This document shows positions 23,959 through 26,223 of a stretch of DNA of 26,223 nucleotides, piece after piece. The DNA is taken from the NCBI GenBank assembly GCA_023473205.1, contig JAMCYY010000040.1, positions 1-26,223 on the forward strand. Reading direction: 5' to 3'. Position 1 is the stretch's first letter, and each line of letters opens with the position of its first letter. The DNA is from Patescibacteria group bacterium (GTDB lineage: Bacteria > Patescibacteriota > Microgenomatia > UM-FILTER-40-11). The notes beneath the pieces were generated by a model. It saw nothing but the letters and a program-made list of their open reading frames with translations, made no database searches and was not told the DNA's origin. Made by a program: the position numbers and the translations under genes.

Positions 23959-24954
23959 ATGGAAAAATGGCTTGGTCATCTAAAATATAATCCTTTAATC
24001 CCTCTATCCGAGTGCAAAGATGAGGCACTTCACGCATTTGTCCAGCGTGATCTTTCGGATAAGGTTGTTTCAGTGGAGAGCTTATGGCAACTAACCGAGT
24101 CGCAAAAGATTCTAAGGAGACAACAGCCTAACGGTTCATGGAGATATCCTAATGTAAAAAAGAATATTCGCATACAAGAATATTACAATCAATATGAGAC
24201 ATTCAATAATTTGGGAATTTTGATTGAGGAATTCGGATTCAACAAAAATCACCCCGCTATTACCAAAGCGGCAGATTATTTTTTCTCATCTCAATCTAAA
24301 GAAGGAGATTTCAGGGGAATTTATGGCAACCAATACAGCCCCAATTATTCTGCGGGGATAGCTGAGTTACTTATTAAAGCGGGGTATACAGACGATGTCC
24401 ATGTCGAAAACTTGTTTAAGTGGCTTCTTTCTATCAGACAAAAAGATGGCGGTTGGGCAATACCATTTAGAACCCAGGGCTATGGAATTGGTGTCATTTG
24501 GGATCACTCAAAAACAATCCAACCAGATGTTTCAAAACCTTTCTCATATATGGTTACTGGAGTGGTGTTGCGAGCTTTTGCAGCACACCCAAGATACAGA
24601 AAATTAAAGGAGGCTCATCAAGCAGGAGAGTTACTTCTTTCGGGTGTGTTTAGGAAAGACCAATATCCTGATAGAGCTGGAGCCGAATACTGGTTACGAT
24701 TTTCATTTCCGTTTTGTTACACCGATTTAATTTCTGCTTTAGATAGCCTCTCCCTCTTAGGGTTTTCGTCACAAGTGCCAGAAATAGAAAAATCCCTGCA
24801 TTGGTTTGTGAAAAATCAGCAAAAAACTGGACTTTGGCAATTTAAGATAACAAGGGGTAAAAATAAAGATGTTATTGAGCTGTGGCTTGCATTGGCTGTG
24901 TGTAGGATATTTAGGAGATTTTATCTTAACAAGCATAATGAAAATGTATTATAA
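23959..24954 (+). CDS. Alpha/alpha-toroid protein of the prenyltransferase/squalene-cyclase repeat type
   Basis: Repeated QW-like motifs: QQPNGSW, QSKEGDF, RQKDGGW, QQKTGLW. Confidence 0.72.
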   Translation: MEKWLGHLKYNPLIPLSECKDEALHAFVQRDLSDKVVSVESLWQLTESQKILRRQQPNGSWRYPNVKKNIRIQEYYNQYETFNNLGILIEEFGFNKNHPAITKAADYFFSSQSKEGDFRGIYGNQYSPNYSAGIAELLIKAGYTDDVHVENLFKWLLSIRQKDGGWAIPFRTQGYGIGVIWDHSKTIQPDVSKPFSYMVTGVVLRAFAAHPRYRKLKEAHQAGELLLSGVFRKDQYPDRAGAEYWLRFSFPFCYTDLISALDSLSLLGFSSQVPEIEKSLHWFVKNQQKTGLWQFKITRGKNKDVIELWLALAVCRIFRRFYLNKHNENVL

Positions 24955-24973
24955 TCTAAGTTAGAGGATTACT

Positions 24974-25354
24974 ATGAATAAACAACTTCTAAAAGACGGA
25001 CTTGGATGGGGTTTTCTTCTCTGGTTAGTTGGTTACATTTTAGGGATTGTTTTCTTTATGCTTGTTCCTCCTTCCATGATTGGTTTTGTCGTAATGCCAA
25101 TTGGAATAGTCATTACTCTTTGGGTATTATTCAAAAAAATCGGCAGCAAGTCTTTTAATCACTATCTTCTGCTTGCAATTACTTGGACTGCAGTGGCAGT
25201 AATTTTTGATTATTTATTCCTGGTGAAGGCTTTCAAGTCGACAAATTACTACAAATTAGATGTTTATCTCTATTATCTTCTAACTTTTGTGTTGCCCTTA
25301 TTGGTCGGTTGGAGAAAAAGCCTCGGTTCAAATGGGAGCAAGTTAAGAACTTAG
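24974..25354 (+). CDS. Hypothetical 4-TM membrane protein
   Basis: Hydrophobic 126 aa; TATAAT at 24950..24955 and SD-like GAGGA upstream. Confidence 0.8.
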   Translation: MNKQLLKDGLGWGFLLWLVGYILGIVFFMLVPPSMIGFVVMPIGIVITLWVLFKKIGSKSFNHYLLLAITWTAVAVIFDYLFLVKAFKSTNYYKLDVYLYYLLTFVLPLLVGWRKSLGSNGSKLRT

Positions 25355-25398
25355 AAATCGGTTCACTTCCTTTGTTGTATATTCAGGAGTTTACCCAG

Positions 25399-25447
25399 TC
25401 ATCCTTCGATTACACTCAGGATGATGCTGAGCAAAGTCGAAGCATCA
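25399..25447. repeat. Back-to-back pair of CTGAG-N5-TCGAAG-type palindromic miniature repeats
   Basis: TCATCCT-N12-AGGATGA (25399..25424) and TGATGCT-N12-AGCATCA (25422..25447), with partly complementary loops. Confidence 0.65.
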
Positions 25448-25576
25448 GTTGTCCGAAACTGTGACCATTTCTCGAGCCAATTTGATACATTCACTTGATA
25501 TTAACTTTCTAAGCTGCGAACTGTGGATTTATGGTGAGCAGTGCCAACCAAGACAAATGAGACAGAAAAAAAAGGT

Positions 25577-25675
25577 TTAATAGATTGTTTCAATTATCCC
25601 GTATCTGCCACTGACCGGATCCCAAATCAGAAAGACAAAAAGGAGAATTAAAATCAAAAAGATACCTACTGGCAT
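25577..25675 (-). CDS. Possible 32-aa single-TM small protein
   Basis: MPVGIFLILILLFVFLIWDPVSGRYGIIETIY, starting 13 nt after the tspO stop; no SD. Confidence 0.35.
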   Translation of the reverse strand: MPVGIFLILILLFVFLIWDPVSGRYGIIETIY

Positions 25676-25688
25676 TAATTTCAGATCT

Positions 25689-26159
25689 TTAATTAAGAAT
25701 AATTATCGACAAATTCAAAAGTGAAGCAAAGGTAACCCACGCAAGATAAGGGATCATTAGGTAGGCAGCGGTTTTAGAAACAGCTTTAAATTTAAAAATA
25801 GTTAATAAGATAAAAGTCCACAGGAGAATAACATCAATAAAGGCTAAAACCGGAGATTTTAAACCGAAAAAGAAAATTGACCAGAGAAAATTTAAGAATA
25901 GCTGCAAAGAGAAATACTTAAGGGCGATTTTGTTTTTCTTGGCAATTAAGCCTTCTGTCCAAATTAATCCTGCCGCTATGCCCATAAGCACATATAAAAT
26001 TGTCCAAGCCGGAGCAAAAAGCCAATTTGGAGGTGTAAAGAAAGGCTTATTTAGCGTCTCAAACCAGGTAGAAACCGAAGAAGCCGTCGCCAGTCCACCC
26101 AATAAACCAACTGCTTCACAAACAATTATTGAAATGGCAATTTTGGCGATTTTTCCCAT
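25689..26159 (-). CDS. tspO: TspO/MBR tryptophan-rich sensory protein
   Basis: WFETLNKPFFTPPNWLFAPAWTILY, QLFLNFLWSIFFF and PYLAWVTFA. ATG 26159 gives a typical length of 156 aa. Confidence 0.93.
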   Translation of the reverse strand: MGKIAKIAISIIVCEAVGLLGGLATASSVSTWFETLNKPFFTPPNWLFAPAWTILYVLMGIAAGLIWTEGLIAKKNKIALKYFSLQLFLNFLWSIFFFGLKSPVLAFIDVILLWTFILLTIFKFKAVSKTAAYLMIPYLAWVTFASLLNLSIIILN

Positions 26160-26223
26160 GTCCTTATAAAGATTACCAAATAATGATATAAAGAACAAGG
26201 ATATCAAGTTATACATATATGCT

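Noticed and set aside
224-24607. Short or antisense ORFs in the track nested in larger genes (e.g. 224..460, 1354..1578, 3861..4157, 9177..9596, 16267..16536, 17548..17835, 21006..21332, 22577..23065, 24395..24607)
   Set aside because: They fully overlap genes with recognisable motifs and show no family features; treated as shadow ORFs.
1-26223. Alternative genetic code (TGA as Gly/Trp), tRNA or rRNA genes
   Set aside because: Conserved proteins translate full-length in code 11 and apgM ends at TGA; no cloverleaf or rRNA-like segment was seen in the short intergenic gaps.

Overview
AT-rich, gene-dense bacterial chromosomal window in the standard genetic code (TGA is used as a stop, e.g. apgM). 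Gene content and protein style suggest a Candidate Phyla Radiation/Patescibacteria genome, probably Microgenomates-like (inference, not verified). Left part: peptide deformylase, lexA, a transglutaminase-like/holin-family/secG/family-5 solute-binding operon, enolase plus ApgM-type phosphoglycerate mutase, an SdpI-family protein, and a hypothetical-cyclophilin-membrane pyrophosphatase operon. Middle: a glycan locus (processive GT2, GT-C-type membrane protein, Cys-rich secreted protein, Pro/Thr-linker clan GH-A hydrolase), an orphan HlyD-like adaptor and an FAD/Rieske oxidoreductase. Right: an accessory-looking run of small membrane/secreted orphans ending in tspO. No rRNA, tRNA, CRISPR array or transposase was seen. 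Most notable signals: (1) a 41-bp dispersed repeat with alternative hairpins in three near-identical copies plus one degenerate copy; (2) a -10-like TAnnnT hexamer 6-7 nt upstream of about ten start codons, implying widespread leaderless mRNAs; (3) the GT2/GT-C/GH-A/Cys-rich locus; (4) unusual substitutions at key positions of enolase, the pyrophosphatase and deformylase. Family assignments are from motif recognition only; no searches were run.
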